DNA of 62,195 nucleotides, counting the filler, from Chiloscyllium plagiosum (lineage: Eukaryota), in the NCBI RefSeq assembly GCF_004010195.1. It is 3 parts of one record of this genome, joined end to end, with 100 filler letters (N's around TTAATTAATTAA, not from the genome) between each part and the next. Parts side by side here need not be neighbours in the genome. Positions count along the whole stretch, not along the records: positions 31,977 to 58,858 come from NC_057717.1; 2 more parts are not named here. One strand, given 5' to 3'. Each line of letters opens with the position of its first letter. Position 1 is the stretch's first letter. The translations under genes were made by a program, and so were the position numbers. This document shows, one piece after another, positions 36,200 through 49,589 of the stretch. Under the pieces are notes generated by a model. It searched no databases. It saw only the letters and a program-made list of their open reading frames with translations, and was not told where the DNA came from.

Positions 36200-38210
36200 A
36201 CATCGTTCCATCTGCCAGCACTTGACCCATATCCCACTAAACCGTTTTTATTCACGTACCAATCCAGATGCCTTCTGAATGCTCCAATTGTACCAGCCTC
36301 CACCATTTCCTCTGGCAGTACATTACATACATACACCACATTCTGCGTGAAAACGTTACCCCTTCGGTCCCTTTTAAATCTTCCATCTCTCACCCTAAAC
36401 CTATGCCCTCTGGCTCTGGCCTCCATCACCCCAGGGAAAAGACATTGTCTGTTTATCCTATCCATGCCCCTCATAATTTTACAAACCTCAAGAATGTCAC
36501 CCCTCAGCCTCCGACACTCCAAGGTAAACAGTCCCAGTCGTTTCAGCCTCTTCCAATAGCTCAAATTGTCTAACCCTGACAACATCCTTGTAAACCTTTC
36601 TGAACACTTCCATGTTTCACAATATCTTTCCAGTAGTAAAAAGACCAGAATTTCACGCAATATTCCAAAAGTGGCCGAACCAGTGTCCTGCACAGCTGCA
36701 ACATGACCTCCAAACTCCTGCAGTCAATGATCTGACCAATAAAGGAAAACATACCAAACACCTTCTTCACTATCCGCTTACCTGCGACTCTACTATGAGC
36801 TATGAACTCCAAGGTCTCTTTATTCAGCAACACTCCCTAGGACCTTACCATTAAGTGTATAAGCCCTGCTCAGATGTGCTTTCCCAAAATGCAGCACCTC
36901 ACATTTATCTGAATTAAACTCCATCTGTCATTCCTCAGCCCATTTGCCCATCTGATCAAGATCCCGTTGTAATCTGAGGCAACCTTCTTCACTGTTCACT
37001 ATATCTCAAATTTTGGTGCAATCTGCAAACTTATTAAATTTACCTCCTACGTTCACGTCCAAATCTTTTATATAATGATGAAAAGTTGTGGACCCAGCAC
37101 CGATCTTTGTGGCACACCATCGGCCTCCAGTATAAAAAGCAACTGTCTGCCACCACCCTCTGTCTTCTACCTTCGAGCCAGTTCTCTATCCAAATGGCTA
37201 GTTCTCCCTGTGTTCCATGAGATCTAACCTTGCGAACCGGTCTTCCAGGAGGAACTTTTTCGAACGCCTCGCTGAAGTCTATATAGATCACATCCAATGA
37301 TTGGCCCTCATCAATCTATTTTGTTACTTCTTCAAAAAACGCAATCAATTTCTTAAGACATGTTTTCCCACACTCACAGCCATGCTGACTATCCCTAGTC
37401 ACTCCTTGCCATTCCAACTACATGTAAATTCTATCTCGCAGGATTCCCTCCAACACTTTACCAACTACTGATGTCAGGCTCACTGGTCTATAGTTCCCTA
37501 GCTATCCTTGACCACCTTTCTTAAACAGTGGCACCACGTTAGAGAACCTCAAATTTTCAAATACCTCACCTGTGATGATCGATTATACAAACTTCTCAGC
37601 ATGGGGCACATCGATCATTTCCCTAGCTTCCCACAAAATTCCAAGGTACACCTGACAGTTCCAGGGGATTTATGCACTTTTAAGTGTTTCAAGACATCCA
37701 GCTCCTCCTCCTCTTTAATATGGACGTTTTAAAGTTGTCACCATGTATTTCCCCACATTCTTTCTCTTCCATTTCCTTCGTCACAGTAAACACGATGCAA
37801 AACACTTGTTTATTATCGCTCCCATCTCCTGCGGCTGCACACAAAGGCTGCCTTGCTGATCTTTGAGGGGCCCTATTTTCTCCCTCCTTACCCTCTTGCC
37901 TTTTATGTATTTATAAAAACCCTTTGGATTCTCCTTTACCCTTTTTGTCAGAACTATCTCGTGTCCCCTTTTTACCCCCCTGATTACCCTCTTAAGTACA
38001 CTCCTCCTACCTTTATAGTCTGAGGATTCACTTGATTTCTCGTGTCTATATCTGGCAAATTTTTCCTTCTTTTTCTTAACCAAAAGCTTAGTTCTCTAGT
38101 CATCCAGCATACCCTACACCCACCAGCATTTCCTTCCATCCTAATAGGAATACTTTATACTGTCTCTGGAAAGCCGTAATCTCATTTTTGTAGGCTTCCC
38201 ATCTTCCAAT
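36200..38210 (-). mobile_element. CR1/HER1 LINE
   Basis: ORFs 36151-36693, 36570-36833, 37040-37297 and 37781-38083(-) carry CR1 ORF2 motifs. Confidence 0.93.
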
Positions 38211-39004
38211 GAAAAAGGTTTCATTTTCCCAAACCCCAATTCGCGCATCTCACGAAACTGCCATTTGAAAATAATGAAAAAATAAAGCACATTCTAAATG
38301 AAGGCTTCGATGAGGTGAGCTCTGGTCAGCCATGTAGATCTGGAGGCCACCAGATACACGGAGAGTGCTTTCTATCAGAGCAGCTCCAGGTCAGTATCAG
38401 ACACACAGACAGAATGTGCAAATAGATTCACATCTGAACTCACATCTCCCAGCCTGGAAATCTGAAGCTGTGCACAGACATTCTGGTAAACATCTCCAAA
38501 TTTAGGTAATCAAAATCGGCCCAACATGCTATCAAAAATAAATCAGTCATTCAGACTAAAATATCCTGCAGGTTCCACAAACCATTCCCGGTCCCATTCT
38601 GCAGGTTCTATGAATCTCGGTCCCTCTAACCTGCTGCAGGATCCCTATCCCCTCCTATATTTGGACCACCCTCCAGGTTCTGCAGCCCTTCCAAGCTCGT
38701 AACATGACCCGGACTCTAAAACTCTTCCTTCCTCTGCAATATTCCCCAGAAGAGTACTGGAGGACGGTGGGGGTACAAAGTCTAGGGAGGAATATCAGGA
38801 TTGGAGGATTTTGCAGTTATTAGTAATATTGAAGTAGCTAAAATTGGCTTCGATCATTTCGACGGTTCACGCTAATAAAGGAGGTTACAGAGTTAAGGAG
38901 GATTTTAGGGACTGGAAGACGTTTCACAGTTTATGGGTTTTGTGGTGACTGGAGGAAGGTACCAAAATCGGAAGGGTTTAAGAATGAAGGTTTCTGCTGA
39001 GAAC

Positions 39005-39860
39005 CTCTACTGGGTAAAAGGCAGGATTCTTGGTAGTGTGGAGTAACAGAAGAATTTTGGGGGTCCACGTCCATAGACCCTTCACATATGCCAGCCGTGT
39101 TGAAAGGGTGTTAAGAAGGCGTGTGATGTCTTAGCATTCATTAACAGGGGGATTGAGTTTAAGACCTGTGACGTGAGGCTGCAGCTCCATACAGCCCTGG
39201 TTCGTCCACTCTTGGAATATTGTGTTATGTCCTGGTCGCCTCATTATAGGAAAGATGTGGAAACTTTGGAGAGGGCGCAGAAGAGATTTATCAGGATGTT
39301 TTCTGGATTGGAGGTAAGTCTAATGAAGAATTGTTGGGGAAGCCAGGCCTTCTCCCATTAGAATGAAAAGGATGAGAGCTGACTTGATCGAGGTGTACGA
39401 GATGATGCGAGGCATACAGAGGGTGGGTGGCCCGAGAATTTTCCCATTGTGAAAATGGCTATTACGATGGGGCATAAGTTTAAGGTAATTGGAGGTAGGT
39501 TTATGGGAGATGTCAGAGGTAGATACATTATGCAGAGAGTGGTGGGTATGTGGAATGCACTGCCAGCGTTGGTGGTAGAGATAGTTACATTAGGGACATT
39601 TACTTAACTTTTGGACATGCACACGGATTATAGTAAAATGAATTTCTCAAAATGGTGACCTGTGCCCAGTGCTGTTCCACAAGGATCCGTGCTGGGTCCA
39701 CTGCTTTTTGTGATATACATAAATAATTTGGAGGAAGGTATAGTTTGTCTGATTAGCAAGTTTGCAGATGACACTAAGATTGGTGGAGTAGCAGATAGTG
39801 AAGGGGACTGTCAGAGTGTACAGCAGGGGAGAGATGGGCAGAGAAATGGCAGATGGGGAG
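39005..39860 (+). mobile_element. CR1 fragments
   Basis: LVRPLLEYCVMSWSPHYRKDV; SAVPQGSVLGPLLFVIYINNL...KFADDTKIGG. Confidence 0.92.
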
Positions 39861-40439
39861 NNNNNNNNNNNNNNNNNNNNNNNNNNNNNNNNNNNNNNNN
39901 NNNNNNNNNNNNNNNNNNNNNNNNNNNNNNNNNNNNNNNNNNNNNNNNNNNNNNNNNNNNNNNNNNNNNNNNNNNNNNNNNNNNNNNNNNNNNNNNNNNN
40001 NNNNNNNNNNNNNNNNNNNNNNNNNNNNNNNNNNNNNNNNNNNNNNNNNNNNNNNNNNNNNNNNNNNNNNNNNNNNNNNNNNNNNNNNNNNNNNNNNNNN
40101 NNNNNNNNNNNNNNNNNNNNNNNNNNNNNNNNNNNNNNNNNNNNNNNNNNNNNNNNNNNNNNNNNNNNNNNNNNNNNNNNNNNNNNNNNNNNNNNNNNNN
40201 NNNNNNNNNNNNNNNNNNNNNNNNNNNNNNNNNNNNNNNNNNNNNNNNNNNNNNNNNNNNNNNNNNNNNNNNNNNTGCTGGCGACAGGAGGATGTCACAC
40301 AGATAGTGAATCTTGTCGGAACTGGATTGGGCGAGTCACAGGCTTTCAGTTTTCATTGGGATCGGGAGTGCTGCAGGGTCCTGAAAGGATTGTCGAGTCT
40401 CCAGCGAGTGATCGTGTCTTTAAGACTGGAAGAGGTTAC

Positions 40440-42350
40440 GTTGATACAGAAACATTAAAGACAATGTTTGCTGTTTTCTTTTTTCTTGAACAGAGCATCA
40501 ATATCTCTCATGAGCCAGGGATCCCTAAACCTGCCAGCTTTTCCCTTAACTCTAACAGGGACACACTGGTCCTGGATTCTTGACAACACACTTTCAAAAG
40601 CCTCCCTTTTGTCAGCCATTCCTTTTCCTTCAAACAGACTCACCCAGTTGATGGGAGCATGATGTGGAGGAGCCTATGTTGGACGGGGGTGGGCAAAGTT
40701 AAAAATCACACAACACCAGCTTCCAGTCCAATAGGTTTATTTGGAGGCACAAGGTTTCAGAGCACTGCTCCTTCATCAGGTGGTTGTGGAGCCCAATCAT
40801 AAGACATAGAATTTATAGCAACAGGGTAGTAGTGTCATGGAATGTAATATTAAACACATTTAGTGTTAATTTTATCTTTTGGATTGATCACCTGCGCTTT
40901 AAAAGCTAGTGTTTTGAAATAAACATGTTGGACCTAGTGTTGTGTGATTTTTAATTCACTCAATCGACCCCTGCTCGATCCTGCCTAATTTCCCCAAACC
41001 TGACCCTGCTCCAGTTTAAGACATTAATCTGTGGAGCTGTCTGATCTTTTTCCATGACAATGTTAATACGAAGACAATTGTGGTCACTGGACTAGAAGTG
41101 CTCTTCAACTGACACTTCAGTCACTTGCCCGACTTCGAATTCTGAGGGAAGGTCCAGTGTTGCTCCTGCCTGAGTAGAGTGGGGCCCTCTATATATTGAT
41201 CTCGAAAACTTTCTTGGACATCTTGAACAAATTCCACCCGATACGGGCCTTTTACACACTGAGTGTCCCAGTCAATACAATGGAAGTTATAATCTCCAAA
41301 CAGTACTATTCTATGATTTCTATAGGTACCTGCAATCTCTCTACACACGTTCTCCTCTAGTACTCGCTGACCTTTTGGGGGTTTAGAATACCAGCCTAGT
41401 AGATTGACCATCTCCTCTTTGTTCCTAACTTCTCACCAAATGTCCTCATTTGATGACCCCTTAAGAGTATCCTCTCTAAGCACTGTTTTTATTTCCTGCC
41501 TTATCAAAAGGACAGCTCCCCCTCCTCACTTACTTGTCCCTCTGTCATGCCTGTAACTTCTGTATCCTGGGACATTAAGCTGCCAGTCCTGCCCTTCCCT
41601 CCGCCATGTTTCTGTTATGTGTATAATATCCCAGTCCCCAGAGCTAGTCCATGCTTTGAGCTCGTCTGCCTTACCAGTCACGCTTCGTGTGTTGAAATGA
41701 ATGCCCTTTAAACCAAATGTATTTTCCCTCCCTTGACTGTGCCCCAGAATATCCTGAATAGGAAACTTGCTCTTGATGGTTAATGTATTTTCCCCTGACC
41801 TTTCAATTGTCCCTCTCTTATTAAGAGTCCCAAACTCCTGCCTAACTAGTTTATACATTCCACAGTAACATTACCAAATCTCCTCGCAGTGATATTGGTG
41901 ACCCTCTGATTCAAGTCCAACTCATTCCCTTGTGCAGGTCACCCCTAACCCTGAAGAGATCCCAATGATCCAAGAACTGAAAACCCTTGCTCCTACACCA
42001 GCTCCTCAGCCACACATCCATCCGACCTATCCTTCCATTTCTATGTCCACTGGTGAGTGGCACTGGGAGTAATCTGGAGATCACTACCCTTGAGGTAGGC
42101 TTTTTAACTTCTTACCTAACAACTGGTACTCATTTCACAGGACCCCATCCCTTTGTCTACCTCTGTCATGTGGACCGATGTGCACAATGACCTCTGTCTG
42201 TTCACTCTCCACCTTCAGAATGTCCTGTAACCACTCCGAAACATCATTGAATCTGTTAGCCGGGAGGCAGCACACCATCCTGATTCTGCATTCACACATT
42301 CTTCTGTCTGTCCCCTTCACAACAGAGTCTCCTGTCATTACTGCTATCAT
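40440..42350 (-). mobile_element. CR1 5' part (ORF1 esterase plus APE)
   Basis: GDSVVKGTDRR...VCCLP (SGNH esterase); HFNTRSVTGKADELKAW...IITETW; IVLFGDYNFHCIDW. Confidence 0.92.
40658..40955 (+). mobile_element. Penelope pLTR insertion (family B) with inverted end
   Basis: gatgtggagg...aaagttaaaaatcacacaacacc with an inverted gtgttgtgtgatttttaa end. The minus strand at 40755-40779 reads CTGATGA-AGGAGC-AGT-GCTCT-GAAA. Confidence 0.8.
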
Positions 42351-45300
42351 TAGACAGGATCTGAAAAACAGAGACTGGGAGGAAATGCCTGCAGTTGGGG
42401 CTTTATTTTCAAAGTGGGAGTATTTTAAAATGATGCAGTGAGGATCAATGGCCAGTGTGTTACTTGTAGAGTGAATGGCTAGAGAAGCAAGTTCAGCAAA
42501 TACTGATCAAGTGATGTCGTGAGTTTGATAAATACAATACAGTGCAATAAACACAGGTGAAGCCCTTTACAAGTATAGAGAGGGCAAGGAGGTCCTTAGA
42601 AAAGAGGGTCAAACAATGGTCATGAAATATCCTTAGTAGACAGTGCTATGGAAAAGCCACAAGGTATTTTATCAGTACAGTTAGAGTCAGAGGATTACTG
42701 GTGAAAGAGTGAGGCCTGTTAGACACCAAATGGACAATCTGTGCATGGAGCCAGAGGAAGTAGGTGAGGCCTTCAATGAATACATCCCATCTGTATTCAC
42801 ACAGGAGAAAGGCATTGTAGCCGGGGATTTCAGTTGGGATGGTGAGGTTCTGGAACATGTTAAGATCAATCAGGAGGAGGTATTAAAAGTTTTAACAGGC
42901 ATAAAGATGGAAGAATCCCCAGTGCTCAATGAAATGCATCCCAGGGTGCGGTGGGAAGTAAGGGAGGAGATTGCTGGGGTCCTGGTGGATATATTTAATA
43001 CTTTGCTGGCCACAGGTGAAGTGCAGAATGACTGGAGGAGAGCTAATATGGTTCAGTTGTTCAAGAAGGGCAGCAGGGATAGGCCAGGGAATTACAGAGC
43101 AGATAGTCTGACAACAGGGGGAGGGAAATTATAGGGAACAATGATGAGGGACAGAATGAATCAACACTTGGAAAGGCAGGGATCAACTTGGCTGCATCTT
43201 TACGGATTTGGTAGAGGAAGATACCGCCTCAGGAATTCAGTTGAAACTTTTGAAATGGCCTCTCAAAATATTGAGGAGAGCAGTGCCGATGATGTGGGTT
43301 ATATGGAGGTCAGTAAGGTCTTGGACAAGGTCCCACATGGAAGGCTGGTCCAAAAGGGAAGAGTCCATGGGATCCAAGGCAAGTTGGCAAATTGGATCCG
43401 CACCTGGTGGAGGCCTGTTTTTGTATTTGGAAGCCTTTCACCAGCAGGTGTACCACAGGGACCTGTGCTGGAGCCATTGCTGGTTATTATGTACATTAAT
43501 GACTTGGATGTGAAAGCAGAAGGTATCATTAGTAGGTTTCCAGATGACCTAAAAGGTAAGGGTGTTGTCCACAGTCAGGAGGATGTTCTCAGGCTCCAGT
43601 CGAAAATCGATCAGATGATAAACTGAGCAGAGAAAACTCAGATGTAGTTTACTTCTAATCAGTGTGACGTCAAATCCTGTGGAAGGCATGATAAGCGAAG
43701 AAGAGACAGAATGCACAGAAGTCCTTGTGGAGTATTGAGGAACACAGGGGTCTTGGTGTCCAAATCCATAGATCCCTGAAGGTGTCAGCACAGATAGACC
43801 GGGTGGGAAGGCACCTGAACTGGGAGCGGGAGGGTGACCCATATCCTGATGTGGTGAGTTGCTGGAGCTGCTTGAAAAGATTTAAACTAGTCTGGCAGGG
43901 TTGTGGGGCCCTCAACAGTTAAGGCAGATGAACTCAGGGCACGGATGGTGTACTGGTAATGGGATATAATAGGTATTGGAGAATTGCACAACAGATGGAC
44001 AGGCAGCAGCTCATTATTCCATGGAATAGATGCTACAGGAAGGATTGAACAAGAGGCAGAAGAGGAGCAGCGTTGATGGGTTTGATTGGGGGAAACATCA
44101 CAGCAGTATTTAGAGGGAATATTCACGTGGAATCACCCAGTTAAACAATATTAGTGGAACTGAGATTAAAAAAAAATGTTCATCAGTTTGCTATGATTGT
44201 ACTGCAATTGTACTACAGCGGTAGTTAGTGGGAGATGGAGCAGCAAATCTGTCAGGAGATCTCAGATATGTGTTAGACTAAGAGAGTTGTAATCGTAGGG
44301 GATTTGAACCTTTCCAAACCTGGACTGGGTGTGCTACCGTGTTAAACATTTGGATGGAAAGAATTTGTTAAGTGCGTTCCAGAAACTCCCAGTCAATATG
44401 AAAACGGCCCAACTGGAGAATGGGGCTAAACCTGCCCGCCCCTTGGTAAACAAAATAGGGAACAGGACTGAGGTGTTAGTGGGGGAGCACTTTGGAATGT
44501 CACCACAATTGTATTAATTTGGAAATAGCTTTGGTAAATCACAAGGCCTGGTCCACAAGTTCAAGTTGGAAAATGGAGCAAGACCAGTCTTGATGGTATT
44601 AGACATGATGATTTTTAAAAGTGGAAGCTATTTGCAAGTAAAGGGAAGTCTAGCAAGTGGAAATATTTTATATGGGAGATAAAATGCACGTTCCCGTTAG
44701 TGCGCAGCTCTATGCTGATAGAATTAGGAAACACTGGCTGACTGTTCATGCTCTGGTGAAGAAGAAGAGGGCACATGTCAGGTAGAGCCAGCTCGATCAA
44801 GGGAATCCCTGAGGATCACAGGGGCTGCACGAATACACTTTGGATGGAAATCAGGAATACAAAAAGTGTCATGAGATAGCTTTGGCAGATAAAGTTAAGG
44901 AGAATCCAAAGAGATTTTACACATGTGTTAAGAGCAAAAGAATAGCGAGGGACAAAACCTGTGTCCATAATGATCAACGAAGCCAACAGTGCGTGAAATC
45001 ACAAGATCCTAAACAAATATTTCACTTTGGAACTTACTGTGGATAAAGGCCGAAGAGCTCTGGGAACTAAACAGTGTTTGGGTGACCACCTCTGGAATAC
45101 TTGTGCAATTCTGGTCTCAGTGCCTTCGGAAGGATGCTGTGGAGCTTGAAAAGGTTCAGAAAAAATAAGCAAGGATGTTGCCAGGGTTGGAGGGTTTGAG
45201 CTACAGGGAAATACTTAAGTAACTGTTGCGATTTTCACTTGAACATGGGAGGCTGAGGAGTTATCTTATAACGGTTTTAAAAATCATGATGGGCGTGGAT

Positions 45301-48090
45301 AGATGAATAGTCAAGACATTTTCTCCCGACTTGGGGAGTCCAAACAACAGGGCATATCTTTAAAGTGTGAGTGGAACTGTTAAAAGGGACGTACGAGACA
45401 GCTGGTTCCCACAGAGGGTGGCACATGTATGGAATACGCTGCCAGAGGAAGTAATGGAGGCTGGTACGGATTTAACAGACATCTGGATGGGTATATGAAA
45501 AGGAAGGGTTTACAGGGATTTTGGCAAAAATCTGGCAAATGGGACTAGAAGCATTCTGCAGGAGTGGTCCGAAGGGTCTGTTTCCATGCTGTACATCTCT
45601 ATGACTCTATGTTTTGAAATGAGTCCACATTATAGAAGAGGAGGTGCTGCAGGCTGTAAAACACGAAGGTAGATCAATCCCCAGGAATGATCCAGAGTAT
45701 CTCAGGACATTTGGGAAGCTGAGGAAGAAAGTTTGGCAAGATGATCAAAGATATTTGTACGATTGACACCATGTGCGTGATGTACTGGAAGACCGGAGGG
45801 TGGAATAGTGGACAGTGAAGGAGGTTTGCTAAGATTACAAAGGGATCTTGAGGAGATGGGTGAAATGGCTGAAAAAACCTTGGATGGAGATCAATCTGAA
45901 TAAATATGAGGTAATGCAATTGGGACAACAAACAAGGGTAGATCCTACTTAATGAATGGCAGGACCTTCGGTAGTGTCGTAAAACAGAGACACCTCGGGG
46001 TTCACGTACATAATTCTTCGAAGTGTGCGACATGGAGAGACAGGATGGTTATGAAGATGCTGCCACACTTGGTTTCATTGTTTAGTCCTTTGGGTATAGG
46101 AGTTGGGAAGTCACGTTTAGATTGTACAGACCATTGGTGAGGCCTCTTCTGGAAGACTGTGTCCAGTTCTGGTCGCCCAGTTATGGGAAGGATATTACTA
46201 AGCTGGAGTGTGTTCAGATGAGATGTATCAGGATGATGCTGGGTGTGGAAGGTTTCAGTAATAAAGAAGGGCTGGATAGACTGGAATTTTTCATTAAAGC
46301 CTGAATGTCGAGAGGCGATCTGATAGAAGTTTATACAGTAATGAGGGAGATAGATAGAGTTATCTTTTACCGTGGACAGGGGAGTTTCAAAACGGTGTAC
46401 ATTTTTAAGTTTAGAGGAGAGACATTAAAAAGAAAGACATGAGGGGCAAATTGTTGCACAGTGAGAGGTTTGCATGTGGAATTAATTTTGTGAACAAAGG
46501 GTGAATGTCAGGTCAATTACAATGTTGAAAAGGCATTTGGGTTAGTACAGGAATAGGAAAGGTTTGAAGGGATACGATCCAGAAACAGAAAGGTGGGACG
46601 GGATTAGTTTAGGTTTTATTCAGTTGACGCTGAACAATTTCCATGCCACATGACTCGAAATATAATGTTGTGTCATTATTTGATACGGAATGCAAGGGAA
46701 CGTCAGGGAACAACAGACTGATGAGCCAGACATCAGGGTGGATAAGTTATTGGAGATCATTCAGAGAGGTAGGATACCCATGCATTTGGAAAGACAAGGA
46801 CTGAGTACGGACAGTCAGCATGGCTTCGTGAATGGGGAAACATGTTTCAGAAACTTAACTAAGTTTGTTGAAGATGTGGATGGCTATATTAATAGGAAGG
46901 GTTTGGAGGGATATGGGCTGTGTGCGAGCAGGTGGGACTAGATTGGGTTGGGATATCTGGTCAGCATGGACGAGTTGGACTGAAGAGTCTGTTTCCATGC
47001 TGTACATCTCTATGACTCTATGTGAACATGGAGAGAGATGAAGGCAGAGCAACAGACGCCGTTTCTCGATTCAGCAAGGGAAGGAAATGGTTGAGCATGA
47101 TACATTGATTATTAAGGTTGGATCCCAAGGAATCAGGGAGAGCTAGCCATCTGCATGCAAAATCGGATGACAGTGGGAGGCAGAGGGCGGTGGTAGAGGG
47201 TTATTTTTCAGACTGGAAGCCTCTGACCAGGGGTGTGCCATAAAGACTGGTGCTGGGGCCATTGTTGTGCATCATTTACATAAACGATATGAGTGAAAAT
47301 GTAGGAGTCTCTGATAGTATGTTTGTGGATACCAGGAATAGTGGGATATTGGGCAGAGATTATAGTTATCGAAGGTGGTCTTAATCAACGGGGCCACTAG
47401 GCCAAGGAGTGAAAGATGAAATTTAATTCAGGATTTTTGTTAAGACAAACAAGGGAGGACTAAGACAGTTAATGGTCGGGGTAAAAACAATGACTTCAGG
47501 TGCTGGAAACCAGTTTCTGGATTTGCCCGAAACGTCGATTTTACTGCTCCTCGGATGCTGCCTGAACTGCTGTGCTCGTCCAGCACCACTAATCTAGTTA
47601 ATGGTCGGGCCCTGGCCAGTGTGGTCGAATGGAGAGAGACCAAGGGGTGCAGTGACATTGTTCCTTGGAAGTGGCATCACAGGTGGACAGCGTGGTAAAA
47701 GCAGCATTTGGTACACTTCATGGGTCAGAGCATTGAGTAAATGAGTTGGAAATATTTGTAACATTGTCGTCAATATTTCTCCTGGGCAGAGGAGGCTACT
47801 GTGTGACCTTATACAGGTTTGTAAAACCGTGTGGGCCATAAGTAAGGTGAACAGCCAAGGGTAGGTGAGTCCAAAACTAAAGGGTATAAATGTGAGATGA
47901 GAGAGCAAAGATTTAAAGAAGGGGCTGAGGAACAACATGTTCCACAGAGGATGGTGCATAGACGGAACGGACTGCCAGAGGAAATGGTAAAAACAAGTAA
48001 AATGACAACATGGAAAACACACTTGTGCAGCAACACGGAGAGGAGATGGTTTGAAGGGCCATGGGCCAAATTCAGGGAGACGTGACTTGT
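42350..48090 (+). mobile_element. Patchwork of nested, decayed CR1 fragments
   Basis: DWRRANMVQLFKKGSRDRPGNYR; GVPQGPVLEPLL...RFPDDLK; YRPLVRPLLEDCVQFWSP; several 3' UTRs. Confidence 0.9.
47481..47595 (+). mobile_element. Short inverted Penelope pLTR insertion (family A) with perfect 14-bp TSD
   Basis: TSD agttaatggtcggg at 47467-47480 and 47596-47609. A ~40-nt forward end is joined to an inverted piece starting tttgcccGAAACGTCg. Confidence 0.9.
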
Positions 48091-48632
48091 CACATTGAGG
48101 GAAGTTCAGCCAAAGAATCATGCAGCAGAGAAACAGACCCTACGTCTCTAGTTATTGGAGGAGAGACTATCAAGACAGATATGTTGTCAAGACTGAAGCA
48201 AGTTAGAGAGATATGGATGGTAGCCTGGACTGAAGCAGAATTCAAATATGTGAAGGGATGGTGAGAGGGGAGGAGATGACAGAGACAGGAACTATTTTTG
48301 GCATTAGAACGATTAAAGTCACTGATCCACGGGACATTCATAGATATAGTGTTGGAGAGGGAACACAGAGCAGAAAGTTCCCAGGCAGCATTCCCACCCT
48401 GTCATGGGAGGTCTGCTTTCCCCTCTGTTGTACTGATGCTCACTAAGACAGCACAGGCCTGGATTGATAACTGTGACACTCCCGATGCTGTCCGAGTACA
48501 ACAATGGTGATTGAGTCTGGTGTGTATCTGTACTGTGCTCCCCCTCCAGCACTGTAACTGTGTCATGTTTTGTTAACCAATGTTTGGAGCCCTCTCATTG
48601 CTCTCTGCTCTGTATACTGTGAATGATCTTAC

Positions 48633-48942
48633 CCCGCTGCAGGATTTATTGAAGGCTCCAGATCTCCCTGCCCTTTGTATTTCTGGCTGACCAATCATCT
48701 TCAATGAGGTGATGGATGAGACACACAGCAGTTGGGAAGTCTATTGAGTCAGCAACTTCCTGAGTACGTACAGGAGACAGAGGAATGGACAGAATGGGAA
48801 ATTAGACTGATGCAGTGAGGGCTACACATGTCGGATGGCACTGTGTCCCACAGAGATCTGGAAAATCCCAGTCTCCATTCCTGGTCGGTGCAGCCTCGTC
48901 TCTCTGTAGTGGCGAATTCTGTTGGCTCAGGATCTGGAGTAG
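48633..48942 (-). pseudogene. Two small exons of an unidentified gene (copy 2, splice sites mutated)
   Basis: Exon 48942-48874 (69 nt, ATPDPEPTEFATTERRGCTDQEW, donor GA). Exon 48767-48633 (135 nt, acceptor AC, donor gtaaga). Confidence 0.55.
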
Positions 48943-49589
48943 CTGCAAGACCGAGACGCGCTGACAGAGGCAGCAATTAGACCCACACAGTGAGGGATCC
49001 CATATGGAGAGATACTGAGTAATATCACCAGCGTGCAGGAACGTGTCAGGATCAAATAATTGAGCAGGAAGAAGGGATTTTGATTCATATTGCACTGGGA
49101 TGAGCAACCTGTGAGCAGCCGAAGTGATGGCCGTGTGGTATTATTGTGAGGCAATTTATGCAGAAACTCAGCGAATGTTCTCTGGACACAGGTTCAAATC
49201 TCACCATTGCAAATGATTGAATGTGAATTAAATGCTTCAAAAAAGATGTAATTAACAGCCTGTAACTGAGTATGAAACAATTGCTGATGTTACGAAAAAT
49301 TCAACAGGTGCATTCAAGTCTTTAGTGAAGTAATCTCAGATGGGTCTAGGATATCACAGGTATTACAGAACAACAGCTAAGGGAGGGACAGGACAGGCAG
49401 CTCAATGTTCCAGGGGACAGATGCTGCAGGAAGGACAGAAGGGGAGCTGAGAGAGGAGGAGCGCTGATGGTTCTGATTGGGTGAAACATCCCAGCAGTAC
49501 TGAGAGAGGATAATCCTACGGGATTATCCCAGTGAAGCTATATTCATGGAATTACTCAATCAAAAAGGGTCTTCCCTTTCCTGTGATTG